Shown: positions 40,529 to 50,226 of the stretch, one piece after another
Position numbering within the stretch: the first letter of the stretch is position 1
Layout of the letters: the number at the start of each line of letters is the position of its first letter
IMG/VR virus record: IMGVR_UViG_3300050035_000427
Source: an uncultured virus (IMG/VR IMGVR_UViG_3300050035_000427)
Taxonomy: Duplodnaviria > Heunggongvirae > Uroviricota > Caudoviricetes
Reading direction: 5' to 3' (one strand)
Length of the DNA stretch: 64,000 nucleotides
Made by a program: the position numbers and the translations under genes
The notes under the pieces: generated by a model
Databases searched by the model: none
What the model was told of the DNA's origin: nothing
The model's input: only the letters and a program-made list of their open reading frames with translations

Positions 40529-41998
40529 TCAGTTCGGCTTCTTCTCCTGCTTGAACTCATGTTCAAACATCTCTTTGGAGATATCAGCGTCGAGCTGATT
40601 GGCTCCTCTCTGAATTGTGGGAAGTAGTGCTTTGAACTCTGGGTCAGTGATCACAGCCTGATTCTTTTCCTCGACCGTCTCTTCAATCGAAGACAGATGG
40701 TCTTCGGGGATATACTGCTCACACTCCTGCAGAATCTTCGTGAAGTCATCCATGTCCATGGGATAGTCCGGCTCGGCAAAGATAGGCTTCAACCTATCCA
40801 CAATCGGCTGCCACCCTTCCCGCTCAGCATCGGTGTAGAGCAAGTAGAGCGATTGCTTGAGAGGGTTGTGGAGGATCTCATTGATGAGCACCTGCTCCGC
40901 TGTCAGCTCGATCTCTACCTCTGGGTCAGTGTATCTCGTGATGGGTTGAACCCTGCCGGCCTTAAGATCCTTGCAGTGATTCGATGATTCCAACTCCAAC
41001 TTACGCAGTTGTTGACCCTGTCTTATTTCAAAATTCTCAGAGGCACAGTTGATCAGGTATCCGTTGATCTTCAGACAGAGATCCATCACGTCATCTGGCC
41101 AGCTGCTGGAGTAGATGAGTTGTAAGAGACCGTCCATCTCAAGATCAGTCAGCTTGACGTTCTTGCCCAGATTGATGTTGGCGAATCTGAGAGATTCGCG
41201 AATTGCAGGAGTGTCAAGAATCTTGGCCGCCGTGCAGCGCAGCGTGGCTCTCTGACTGAGAGCCTTCTCGAGTAGATCAATTTCCAACCAGACCTGCTTG
41301 GTCTCAGGGTCCTGACGCTGGGCATCTTCCACCACATCCCCGGTATCCAGCAGCACCCACTCCTGAACATTGGCCACAGTTGAGTAGTCATAGACCAGGC
41401 CCACAAGATCGGCTTTCATTGCCTTGAACAGAATGTTTGCCAGGAGATTGGGAGAGAACGGACCCTCCTTGGGCTTATTCATGTTCTCCGGAATCCAGTA
41501 GTTGGGACACTCCTGCCTGATGAGGTCCCAGATATACTCGTCCGACTGCTTGTACAGATCCCGGGGATGAACAAACTTGTCCTGGGTGTTGCTGGTGGCC
41601 TTCTGAAGAACCTCTCCGAAGTGACGTCCCTCTGCGATCATCTCGCTGTACTGCTCAAGATCCGCAATGGTTGACTCAGCCACCCCGGTGTCGCTGATGT
41701 ACTGCTTGCCCAGACGAGTGTCTCCGCCGAACAAAGCCCTGCGATGGGAGACAAAAGCAAGTTCGACTTGTAGGAATCTGGGATCATGAACCATATTCCA
41801 AGACGGTCCCAGGGTCTCACAATATCCCTTCTCCCCGAAGACGATGCCGTGAATGATCTTGGCATATTCGAACTCTTCCTTGGCGACTACCTCATCCTCA
41901 TGGAAAAGATATACACGTTTTCCATCATCCAAGAGACCCAGCAAGTTCCGAACTAATCTGTCCACAAAAGATACCGTCCTAACTTTGTTTGACTTCAA
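40529..41998 (-). CDS. Hypothetical protein, about 480 aa
   Basis: Long codon-biased acidic ORF; start uncertain. Confidence 0.7.
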   Translation of the reverse strand: MKSNKVRTVSFVDRLVRNLLGLLDDGKRVYLFHEDEVVAKEEFEYAKIIHGIVFGEKGYCETLGPSWNMVHDPRFLQVELAFVSHRRALFGGDTRLGKQYISDTGVAESTIADLEQYSEMIAEGRHFGEVLQKATSNTQDKFVHPRDLYKQSDEYIWDLIRQECPNYWIPENMNKPKEGPFSPNLLANILFKAMKADLVGLVYDYSTVANVQEWVLLDTGDVVEDAQRQDPETKQVWLEIDLLEKALSQRATLRCTAAKILDTPAIRESLRFANINLGKNVKLTDLEMDGLLQLIYSSSWPDDVMDLCLKINGYLINCASENFEIRQGQQLRKLELESSNHCKDLKAGRVQPITRYTDPEVEIELTAEQVLINEILHNPLKQSLYLLYTDAEREGWQPIVDRLKPIFAEPDYPMDMDDFTKILQECEQYIPEDHLSSIEETVEEKNQAVITDPEFKALLPTIQRGANQLDADISKEMFEHEFKQEKKPN

Positions 41999-42072
41999 GA
42001 TCCTAGGCAGAACCTGCCTTCGGTTCTATTTCATGATACTCGCAAAATCCGCTTTCCAAAAGGAGATTGCCT

Positions 42073-42585
42073 ATGAATCTGGTTCACGTCAACACCTCAA
42101 CCTTCATCTCACCCAGTTTGTTCGAGGATAAGAATGCATTCTATGGCAATAACTGGTACAAAGCCACCACCGTAAGCAATAGCAACTATTTTCTCCAGGG
42201 AACTACGGTGGCCAATACCACTAAGGTTTACTTTGGCTTGAGGAATCGTGTCAACAATGTTCCAACAATTGTATCAGGAGGCAATCCTTGGAATTGCGTA
42301 TTTGTAAACAGTAACTATGATGGCTGTGCTGTAGACTCAGCAGGAGTGCTTGATGTTACCGCTACAGTCTCTATTCCACGAGGAGCTACTTCGTTGGCGG
42401 TAGTGTTTCCGCGCACAATGGCAGCAGTACCAAATAACATAAATATCTCCAATCCTAATGCAACTTGGCAACCTTCCTTTTCGTACGGGAATGTAACAAT
42501 CACTGGAATGACTATATATTTCAGTGTTGCTGCACCGTCTGCCCTTCATGTACTGTACGAGGCTGAAGTTTCACAGAACTCATAA
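42073..42585 (+). CDS. Putative virion/fibre accessory protein
   Basis: N/T/V-rich beta protein; aggag RBS. Confidence 0.55.
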   Translation: MNLVHVNTSTFISPSLFEDKNAFYGNNWYKATTVSNSNYFLQGTTVANTTKVYFGLRNRVNNVPTIVSGGNPWNCVFVNSNYDGCAVDSAGVLDVTATVSIPRGATSLAVVFPRTMAAVPNNINISNPNATWQPSFSYGNVTITGMTIYFSVAAPSALHVLYEAEVSQNS

Positions 42586-42833
42586 TGACCCAAGACCAGC
42601 TTGCTCTCATCACGGCAAACACATTCCAGTGGCAGCAAGCTGTTGACTTCGTCCCGGATGGGTTGGCTCGGCAAATCGCCAGCGGTTACAGAAACATTCC
42701 AACTTGGGACTGTGAAAGAGTTCTGGACAGCCTGGTCGCTTTGGGAGTGCTTGAACAACAGGCCTGTGATCCTGGTACACCCTACTGGATGAGATACTTT
42801 CGCTTGACTCAGAACTTTGCGTTCCCACTGTAG
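42585..42833 (+). CDS. Hypothetical protein
   Basis: Coupled ORF. Confidence 0.5.
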   Translation: MTQDQLALITANTFQWQQAVDFVPDGLARQIASGYRNIPTWDCERVLDSLVALGVLEQQACDPGTPYWMRYFRLTQNFAFPL

Positions 42834-42845
42834 GGGAAGCCACCT

Positions 42846-43358
42846 ATGAAGGTCTGTGTTTTCAACACCACGAACAACCTCATTCAGCCGGTCGATATTG
42901 CGTCGAGTGGTCTCACTCTGGCCAATGTGGATGTAACTTCCTCTGTTGGAAATTTCACAGTGGCTCATGGTCTCATTCAAACCCCGTCAGCAGTTGTGCT
43001 TCAGATGACTTCTAGCGGAGATATTTGGTTTCAAGATACTCCATTCGATGCCACTTATCTCTATCTGGACGCTGCGGTTGCTGGTCTAACAGCGATCGCT
43101 GCTTGTTTCCTTGGTGGAGGATTACTAACAACCTCCGTTCTTCCATTCACTCAACTTCCAGCAGTAATCGCAGTTCCAGACGGGGGAACTTCCTACCTGC
43201 TACCCACCATTCCAGGCTATCCTGCTGCTTCGTTCTACTTCGTCAACGGCATCAAGAGGCAATATGGTGTTTACTACACCATCACTGAGGGTTTGCTCAC
43301 GATATTGGCCCCATACCCACCAGAAGCGGGAGACTCACATGAAATCTACTACACCTAG
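42846..43358 (+). CDS. Putative virion protein
   Basis: TVAHGL and FVNGIKRQYGVYYTI phage structural-type motifs. Confidence 0.6.
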   Translation: MKVCVFNTTNNLIQPVDIASSGLTLANVDVTSSVGNFTVAHGLIQTPSAVVLQMTSSGDIWFQDTPFDATYLYLDAAVAGLTAIAACFLGGGLLTTSVLPFTQLPAVIAVPDGGTSYLLPTIPGYPAASFYFVNGIKRQYGVYYTITEGLLTILAPYPPEAGDSHEIYYT

Positions 43359-46014
43359 GATTTTCTTCATCTTTGCGTGCTTCCTGGCTTTGCTTGGGGT
43401 CAATGCCTCGGCGCAGACTGTCAATCCAAAGACAGATATTCGTTGGCCAGCATCATGCACTGGTACTGCGATCTACTACAACATCGTCACAGGACTTTGC
43501 ACAATTCCTCCTTCTGGTATCACCTCTATCTCAATTGCCACATCCAATGGCTTTCAGGGTTCATCGAGCGGTGGACTGAATCCAACTCTGACCCTGAGTG
43601 TTGATTCAACTCACGTGTTGCCAGTGAATACAGGTCTAGCAACGACCTATCTTAATGGGGCAGGCACTTACACAACGCCACCAGGAGGTGGAGGCACAGT
43701 AAATTCGATCTCAGTCGCCACATCCAACGGTTTTCAGGGATCGTCAAGTGGAGGACCAACTCCAATACTGACCTTGAGTTTGGATTCTACCCACGTCCTA
43801 CCAGTGAATACAAACCTGGCAACGACCTTCCTCAATGGTGCAGGTTTCTATACAACACCTCCAGGCACTCCGTTACCTGCTACCGTGATGCAGACGAATC
43901 AGAATGAAACCTTCGGCACCTATCAATTCAATCTCGCCAATTCAACCTTGTTGACCCTACCACCAACTGTTACAGTGGCCGGCAAGGTCATCAATCAGCC
44001 AACCAGTTCAGGAACTTATGCACTGACAAGTCAACTGACAACACCACCGATCGTGATCAATGGTATTGATGACTCTCTTTCAGGATGGAAGGGAGTTTGC
44101 GCTTACACAGCGACTGCCATCGGTACTTGGACCGGAATCACGAACACGATCACTGTCAGCAGCGTGGCTGGAACCATCGTAGGAGGTGGGTCTCAGGCGG
44201 TATGGGATGGCGGACACAGTGCTGTCAGTGCTGCAGTAGTCAGCATCGTCGGTAGCACTGTTGTTCTGACCACCAACACCCTCTCTTCGCAGCCTGGAGG
44301 AATTCAGTTGTATTTTGGCTGCAATCCTGGTGGTGACAATGTTCCAGGAGCTACTGCTCAGACTGTTGGTAACCCGACACCGTCTATAGATGGTGCCTCC
44401 ATGCTGGTCTCGTTGACCACACTTCCTGTATCCACCCAGACCAACGCTCTGTGGGTATACGAAGCTGGAGCTTGCGACTCTTGCACCAATGTAACCTCAG
44501 ATTTTGAGATCTACATCAACAATGGAGCGGCTGCTGACAACATGGAGTTTGATTCGTTCATCTTTGACCATACGGATCTGCTTGACTTCATGTGGGGCAC
44601 ACAGTGTAACCAGACGCTCGGAGTTTGGCAATATGCCAACAACAGCAGTCCCTGGCAGTCCACGACCGCTGCTTGCAACCTGACCTCTGGAACATGGCAT
44701 CACATTATTGAAACCTTCCACCGCGTTCCAGGAGACACAAGTTGCGGAGGAATGCCCTGCGAGTATTGGGATGACATTACGGTTGATGGAGTTGTGAACC
44801 ACATCAATGCAACCTACACAGCAACAAATCTTTACACCAACTGGGCATCAGGATCTGGATTGCAGTTCCAGATCGATATCCCAGCATCAACAGGAACTGC
44901 AATCACTGTTTCTGAGAATCTTGATCAAATCCTCTTTCAGGAATCTCCCACTGCAGGCTACTGTCAGATCGCTGGCTGCACGATGTCTGGACCGTTCCTT
45001 GTTCCGACCATCAATGGCCTGAGCGTGACCAACATTGGTATCGGAGCCGGATCTGTGAACCTTGGTGGTTCTCTGACCGCCTTCTCATCTGGCACTGGCA
45101 ACTTGGCAGTCGGACCTGGAGTTCTCAATTCAAACACCACCGGCAGCAACAACGTGGGTGTTGGCCAGGGTGCTCTGTATGTCAACACGTCTGGAACAAA
45201 CAACGTGGCAGTTGGTCTTAACTCCTTGAATTCCAACACCACTGGTGGCGGAAACACTGCTGTGGGACAGGGAGTCCTGGTTGCTAACACCACTGGAGGA
45301 GCCAACACTGGCATCGGCAAGAATTCTCTCACCCAGAACACCCTGGGCGGTGGCAATACTGCTATCGGTTACCAGGCTGGATTTAACCTGTCTACACCGT
45401 TGACGAACAACAACGCCTCAACTTTCATTGGTGAAAATGCCAACACCAGCGTCGATGCTCTGTCAAATGTCACCGTCATTGGTTACAACGCACAGGCCAC
45501 CACAAGCAACACAATCATGATCGGCAACTCTGCTGTGACCGCGATGTGCTGGGCAGGTGGTCGTGCTTGCTGGTATAGCTCTTCGGGACTTCCATCCTCT
45601 GCTCTCTGCACGGTTAGCAACATCGGATCAATCTACTCCAACACAGACGGTAGCAGCCCGACCACGACGTTGTACATGTGTACTTCGGCTGGTACCTGGA
45701 CCGCCAGCGCCACTGGAGGCGGCACTACAAGCACCATCTGCAGCGGGTCATTCGCTCTGAGCACAGCCCTTATCGCGGCGGGTGGTGACTATCTCAACAC
45801 TCAAGCCTGCACAGGATTGCTGTCCACAGATACCATCACTCTTGATTTCAACCTTGATCCAACCTCGACTGTGGGATTCATTCCTGGTTCTGGAGCGATT
45901 CTTTCTCTCTACAAATTCCCCACAGCCGGAACCATTAACGTGTATCAGGTGAACAACACGGCATCGAGTATCACGCCAGGAGCGGTGACGGTCAATTACC
46001 GTGTCTATCGCTAG
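43339..46014 (+). CDS. Tail fibre/adhesin-like protein with signal-peptide-like N-terminus
   Basis: NTTGxxNxAVG beta-roll repeats; ConA-like segment (WHHIIETF...ITVDGV); hydrophobic N-terminus ending ASA-Q. Confidence 0.7.
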   Translation: MKSTTPRIFFIFACFLALLGVNASAQTVNPKTDIRWPASCTGTAIYYNIVTGLCTIPPSGITSISIATSNGFQGSSSGGLNPTLTLSVDSTHVLPVNTGLATTYLNGAGTYTTPPGGGGTVNSISVATSNGFQGSSSGGPTPILTLSLDSTHVLPVNTNLATTFLNGAGFYTTPPGTPLPATVMQTNQNETFGTYQFNLANSTLLTLPPTVTVAGKVINQPTSSGTYALTSQLTTPPIVINGIDDSLSGWKGVCAYTATAIGTWTGITNTITVSSVAGTIVGGGSQAVWDGGHSAVSAAVVSIVGSTVVLTTNTLSSQPGGIQLYFGCNPGGDNVPGATAQTVGNPTPSIDGASMLVSLTTLPVSTQTNALWVYEAGACDSCTNVTSDFEIYINNGAAADNMEFDSFIFDHTDLLDFMWGTQCNQTLGVWQYANNSSPWQSTTAACNLTSGTWHHIIETFHRVPGDTSCGGMPCEYWDDITVDGVVNHINATYTATNLYTNWASGSGLQFQIDIPASTGTAITVSENLDQILFQESPTAGYCQIAGCTMSGPFLVPTINGLSVTNIGIGAGSVNLGGSLTAFSSGTGNLAVGPGVLNSNTTGSNNVGVGQGALYVNTSGTNNVAVGLNSLNSNTTGGGNTAVGQGVLVANTTGGANTGIGKNSLTQNTLGGGNTAIGYQAGFNLSTPLTNNNASTFIGENANTSVDALSNVTVIGYNAQATTSNTIMIGNSAVTAMCWAGGRACWYSSSGLPSSALCTVSNIGSIYSNTDGSSPTTTLYMCTSAGTWTASATGGGTTSTICSGSFALSTALIAAGGDYLNTQACTGLLSTDTITLDFNLDPTSTVGFIPGSGAILSLYKFPTAGTINVYQVNNTASSITPGAVTVNYRVYR
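43519..43866 (+). repeat. Two diverged ~56-codon repeats in the fibre gene
   Basis: SIxxATSNGFQGSSSGG..P.LTLS.DSTHVLPVNT.LATT.LNGAG.YTTPPG occurs twice. Confidence 0.85.
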
Positions 46015-46027
46015 GGAGATTGCTGAA

Positions 46028-48079
46028 ATGAAACAGTACCTCACACTTGCAGTTCTAGCTTTCTCTCTTCCGATGTGGGCTCAGAGCACGGTTGCAACCG
46101 GAGACTCTAGAACAGTCACTGAGCCCATCTTTCCGTCAATCTGTGCAAGAGTGAATGCAACAAAGTACATCAAGCAGACGACTGCTGTGAACATTGATCC
46201 CTGGAATTCAACATGTGGATCTACTGGAGGAACCTTTGGGATTCTCTGGTGCACTGGAGGCACGGATTATCAGCCCTCGTCTTCGTCGAGCAGCTATGTC
46301 TCGGCGGAAACTCTGGACAACACGGCTGTACAGAATGCACTGAACTCTTGTCCCAGTGGTCAGGGAGTTGAATTGATCCCGGGCACAAGTGGTCAAAATG
46401 CTTTCGTCCTCGCGCCGTTCAGCATCGTAAACAGTTCTGGAGCAGGAGTAAATCTCATTGTTGATGCAGGCATTCACGTGTTTGCCTCGCGCAATCTGTC
46501 TGACTACGGTGGCACCAACTGTGGACTGACAACTAACTCTACCAGTGATTGCAATCACTGGATCACTTCGCCCAGCACGACTGGCGCTGGCATCTATGGC
46601 TATGGAGTGCTTGATGGACGTGGATGGTCTGCTTACATCGGGCAAACAACTCATGGATTCTATGCCAATCGCATTCTAGCCTACTGTGATGCTCATGGTG
46701 GAGCCATAGCTGGATCTCCCGGTTGCCCGAACACAACTTCTGGTGTGAACTCTTACGGGCCAAACGGGATCAATCTGATTGGCACAACCAATTTCACCAT
46801 GTACAAGATCTCATTGTGGAACAGTGGAAACTTCCTTATTAACTGGCAGAGTGGCAATGGGTTCACTGCCTGGGATGTGAAGCTGATCGCTCCGTTCGAA
46901 GTTTCGAATACGGATGGTTGGGATCCTCTCAACTCGACTAATGGTACGTTCACTCACAGCTTCATAAGTGTTGGTGATAACCATATGGCTGTGAAAGCAA
47001 CATCAGGAGCTTCCTCCAACATCACGTTCTCAAATTCGCAAACCGGCGCTGGAATTGGAGTGGCAATTGGCACGAATGCTACAAACGGGATATCCAACGT
47101 CCTGGTAGATACTTTGGTGCAAAATGGAAATCTCTACAGCACTCAGAGCGCAGGAATAATGATTGGATCGAGCACCGCAGACGGTGGCCTTGTCAACAAA
47201 GTGACCTATCGGAACGTCTGCATGGTGAACGAGTACAACTCGATTCGTTTATACACCAACTATGGCGGTAACACTGGGTCAAATATTCCTGTCTATCAAA
47301 ACATCCTGCTGCGTAACATCACTGTGTTGCCCAGTACTGCTCCCTACACCACAGGCAACTCAGGCAGATATACCTTCCAGGGATTAAGTGGACATCCAAT
47401 AATTGCCCAAATCGACAACTTGCACATCCTGGGTACAAATCAAGGTGTCGCTGCTCAGTCAGGAGTAACGACTGATCAGTACTCGGCCATATACCTTGGT
47501 CCTGGGACGGTCGATTCCACGCTTCTAACCCAGTTTTCTGGTGGTACAGGAGTCACTACCTCTGGATCCACCACTTCCACTACGCAGTACGCTTGCACCA
47601 GCACAACCTGGCAGCCACTGATTGGCGAATTGAACATCAAGACTTCGGTTTCCAACAACAATCAAACAGCGACTGTGATAGCCTTGGCTCCGTTCACCCT
47701 ACAGGCCGTCCTACAGCCATCGACAGCAATCAGCACAAAGGAATCTCCGGCTCTCACAGCCTCAGTGAATTTCTATGACAATTGTTTCACAACTCCGACA
47801 AGTTGTTCACCAATCGGAACTGTTGCGCTTTCAGGAGATGGGACATATGCTGCCTATACTCTATCCAGCGGAACTTCACTGGGAACTCACAACTACATAG
47901 CTTATTATCCAGGAGATTCGAATTATCCAGCATACACATTTGGATCAGTCACGGTCACTGCAGTAACAGCGCCACCTGCTGCAAAGTCGTATGCACCCAT
48001 TGTGATTGGTGAATTGGTGACCCCGGCAGGTTTCGAACCTGCGACCCTCTGCTTAGAAGGCAGATGCTCTATCCACTGA
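46028..48079 (+). CDS. GH28 polygalacturonase-like beta-helix protein with C-terminal Ig domain
   Basis: Signal peptide; GYGVLDGRG, NTDGWDP, ISVGDN; AYYPGDSNY (Big-like). Confidence 0.8.
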   Translation: MKQYLTLAVLAFSLPMWAQSTVATGDSRTVTEPIFPSICARVNATKYIKQTTAVNIDPWNSTCGSTGGTFGILWCTGGTDYQPSSSSSSYVSAETLDNTAVQNALNSCPSGQGVELIPGTSGQNAFVLAPFSIVNSSGAGVNLIVDAGIHVFASRNLSDYGGTNCGLTTNSTSDCNHWITSPSTTGAGIYGYGVLDGRGWSAYIGQTTHGFYANRILAYCDAHGGAIAGSPGCPNTTSGVNSYGPNGINLIGTTNFTMYKISLWNSGNFLINWQSGNGFTAWDVKLIAPFEVSNTDGWDPLNSTNGTFTHSFISVGDNHMAVKATSGASSNITFSNSQTGAGIGVAIGTNATNGISNVLVDTLVQNGNLYSTQSAGIMIGSSTADGGLVNKVTYRNVCMVNEYNSIRLYTNYGGNTGSNIPVYQNILLRNITVLPSTAPYTTGNSGRYTFQGLSGHPIIAQIDNLHILGTNQGVAAQSGVTTDQYSAIYLGPGTVDSTLLTQFSGGTGVTTSGSTTSTTQYACTSTTWQPLIGELNIKTSVSNNNQTATVIALAPFTLQAVLQPSTAISTKESPALTASVNFYDNCFTTPTSCSPIGTVALSGDGTYAAYTLSSGTSLGTHNYIAYYPGDSNYPAYTFGSVTVTAVTAPPAAKSYAPIVIGELVTPAGFEPATLCLEGRCSIH

Positions 48080-48090
48080 GCTACGAGGCC
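48015..48090 (-). tRNA. tRNA-Arg(UCU)
   Basis: Cloverleaf, loop ctTCTaa, encoded CCA. Confidence 0.93.
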
Positions 48091-48320
48091 ACGACTTCTT
48101 CAGGTAATGGATCGCGGCAATACTGCCTTAGATTCCGATCACAAGACCCGATGCTCTTGTAATTTATCCTACCCTCTCGCAGTGTCATGTGATTGCAATC
48201 ACTGGGAGTGTCCTCATTCTCGAGACATTCATCTTCCCAGTAGCACACTGGACAGATTTCATACACATGACGCACGTCTTCGAGAGTGTGATTACCGCAA
48301 CAAGGACAAGGAAATAGCAT
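48081..48320 (-). CDS. Cys-rich CPCC domain protein
   Basis: FPCPCCG...YEICPVCYWEDE...CNHMTLREGRINY. Confidence 0.8.
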   Translation of the reverse strand: MLFPCPCCGNHTLEDVRHVYEICPVCYWEDECLENEDTPSDCNHMTLREGRINYKSIGSCDRNLRQYCRDPLPEEVVAS

Positions 48321-48333
48321 GTCTCACCAAACT

Positions 48334-48410
48334 TGGTGACCGTGGAGGGGATTGAACCCCCGACCTGCGGTTTAGGAAACCACCGCTCTATCCAACTGAG
48401 CTACACGGTC
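48334..48410 (-). tRNA. tRNA-Arg(CCU)
   Basis: Cloverleaf, loop ttCCTaa, CCA. Confidence 0.92.
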
Positions 48411-48579
48411 ATGCCTAACTTCTCTTTCAGGTACTCTCTCATCTGATACACTTCGTTCGGCTTGCACCAGATGTACACCGGACCCGTTGGTGCGGGTATA
48501 AGGCTCTCAGCAAATGCTCTTTGGAGCATCTCCAACGTGATATCTCCCGCATTGGATTGTTTCAGTTCCATGGATGTTA

Positions 48580-48655
48580 TGGTGCGCCCGAAGGGACTCG
48601 AACCCCCAACCAACTGGTTAAAAGCCAGATGCTCTGACCATTGAGCTACGAGCGC
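48580..48655 (-). tRNA. tRNA-Lys(UUU)
   Basis: Cloverleaf, loop ctTTTaa, CCA. Confidence 0.93.
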
Positions 48656-48710
48656 ACAGTGCGTTTGCCAGGCTCGTCTGAAGGTTTTCGCATTGTGACA
48701 CTCCTCTCTC

Positions 48711-48885
48711 AAAACTGATCTTAGAACCGGATCAGGGATTCCGGCAGGTTGTTAGCTGATCCGGTTCCTCGATTGATCAGGAGCGTTGAACTAGGTTTAC
48801 CGAACTAGACGATCCGGATTACATGAGCACGGAGTGCTCGATGCGCGAATAGCCTCATCCTCTGTCTGAACCTCTACCTGAACAA
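48711..48885 (-). promoter_or_regulatory. Putative Arg-codon leader with terminator-like hairpin
   Basis: AGG/AGA-rich mini-ORF, then a 12-bp stem (48724-48735/48756-48767) plus a 6-bp outer stem and T4. Confidence 0.4.
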
Positions 48886-48905
48886 CTCTCCTGAACCTCT
48901 AAACT

Positions 48906-48954
48906 TGGGGCCGAATCGCCTCGTGCACAGACGATATCTACCTCCGACTCGGCC
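48906..48954 (-). ncRNA. Mini tRNA-His-like hairpin
   Basis: 10-bp terminal stem followed directly by CCA (G-1:C73-like); inner hairpin loop CUGUGC. Confidence 0.45.
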
Positions 48955-48967
48955 AACATCGGTCATC

Positions 48968-49498
48968 TCAATAGAACAGGTACTTCTTCCACTTTTCCAT
49001 GCCGGCACCCATAGAACGAATCAGGTTCCGGTTGGTGTGAATGGTCAATGGACGAGGGTAGCGAATCAGTTTCATGTCCTTGATATCGCTCAGATCCCTG
49101 TCGCCCTTCTTCTGGTTGCAAGCCTGACAAGCCGTGACCAGGTTCTCCCAGCAGTTCCTTCCACCCTTGGACTTCGGTACAACGTGGTCCCAGGTGAGAT
49201 TCTTTGCTGAGAACTGAACACCGCAGTACTGGCAGGTGTAACCGTCGCGAAGGTAGATGTTCCGTCTGCTCAACTCCTGCTGACGGTGTGGCACCTTCCG
49301 GTACTTCACCAGCCTGACTACGCAAGGAAGAAAGAATCCTGGACGAACCAAGAGGTCATACTCTTCCTCAGACTTGGCAACTCCCTTGATTACCATGCAC
49401 AGTGCCCGCTGAGCACTCGCATAGCGCAGCGGCTCGTAACTGGCATTCAGTACGAGAACCGGAGTCGACTTGATGAGAGTGTTGGTTGCGGACAACAT
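48968..49498 (-). CDS. HNH endonuclease (McrA-like)
   Basis: VLVLNASYEPL...RDGYTCQYCG...DHVVPKSKGG..WENLVTACQACN. Confidence 0.9.
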   Translation of the reverse strand: MLSATNTLIKSTPVLVLNASYEPLRYASAQRALCMVIKGVAKSEEEYDLLVRPGFFLPCVVRLVKYRKVPHRQQELSRRNIYLRDGYTCQYCGVQFSAKNLTWDHVVPKSKGGRNCWENLVTACQACNQKKGDRDLSDIKDMKLIRYPRPLTIHTNRNLIRSMGAGMEKWKKYLFY

Positions 49499-49520
49499 GG
49501 TGGTTTCCTTTCTTGAAAAA

Positions 49521-49554
49521 TGGTGGAGGATCGGTCCGGAATGACTTCACCCCC
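49521..49554 (-). ncRNA. tmRNA-end-like / Ala microhelix
   Basis: GGGGGUGAA...CCUCCACCA with G3:U70 and A73; only 34 nt. Confidence 0.4.
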
Positions 49555-49558
49555 AAGT

Positions 49559-50185
49559 TCAGGCTGCCGACTTGATAGAGTCTAAAATTCTCACACATCT
49601 GGTCAAGTACCTGCTTCCTGAAGAATCACTCAATCCGACTTTTCTTAATGCTTGAGAAACAGTTTCAGACGTTCTTAGAGCTTCAAGCAACTGTTCATCT
49701 GAAATTCTTCCTTCGCTACTTCTACCCACTTTGTTTCCGCAATAGGTGGGCAACTGACTGTCACAATTGGGACAAATACCTCTGAAGTTACTGCGAGAAT
49801 TGTTGGATCGCACACCATCTATGTGATCTAGCCGAAGAGATATGGGTTTTCCATTCCACTCGTCAATCCCACAGATTAAGCACTTTCCTCCTTGTTCCCT
49901 TACAACCCTTTCCTTCTTACTGCCATACCCTAGATCTTCAAAGGGAGTAGCAGCTGATCTGGCGAGTATCTTGGCAGCCCGTTTCTTTATCGCCTCTGCT
50001 GACTGAGAATTTTCTCGAAAGGTGACGTACTTTTCATGATGTTCGGAGTACGCCTTCCTGCTCTTCTCACTCCTGCTCCGATTTACCTCCGGAGTCCAGG
50101 TCCTTGAATGACTACATTTGGAAGAGCAGAAATTTCCTTCTCCGTATGAGCCATCATGTTCCTTACCACACTTCTTGCAGATCAT
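49559..50185 (-). CDS. HNH homing endonuclease
   Basis: CKKCG..HDGSYG..FCS; CLICG...LDHIDG..NNSRSNFRGICPNCD. Confidence 0.85.
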   Translation of the reverse strand: MICKKCGKEHDGSYGEGNFCSSKCSHSRTWTPEVNRSRSEKSRKAYSEHHEKYVTFRENSQSAEAIKKRAAKILARSAATPFEDLGYGSKKERVVREQGGKCLICGIDEWNGKPISLRLDHIDGVRSNNSRSNFRGICPNCDSQLPTYCGNKVGRSSEGRISDEQLLEALRTSETVSQALRKVGLSDSSGSRYLTRCVRILDSIKSAA

Positions 50186-50226
50186 TCTAAGGGACTCCTT
50201 ATACTAAAGAATCCCCTAGTTCAAAT

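Noticed and set aside
43519..43866. Diversity-generating retroelement TR/VR pair
   Set aside because: Differences are largely synonymous and not adenine-specific, the copies are adjacent and in frame, and no reverse transcriptase is present
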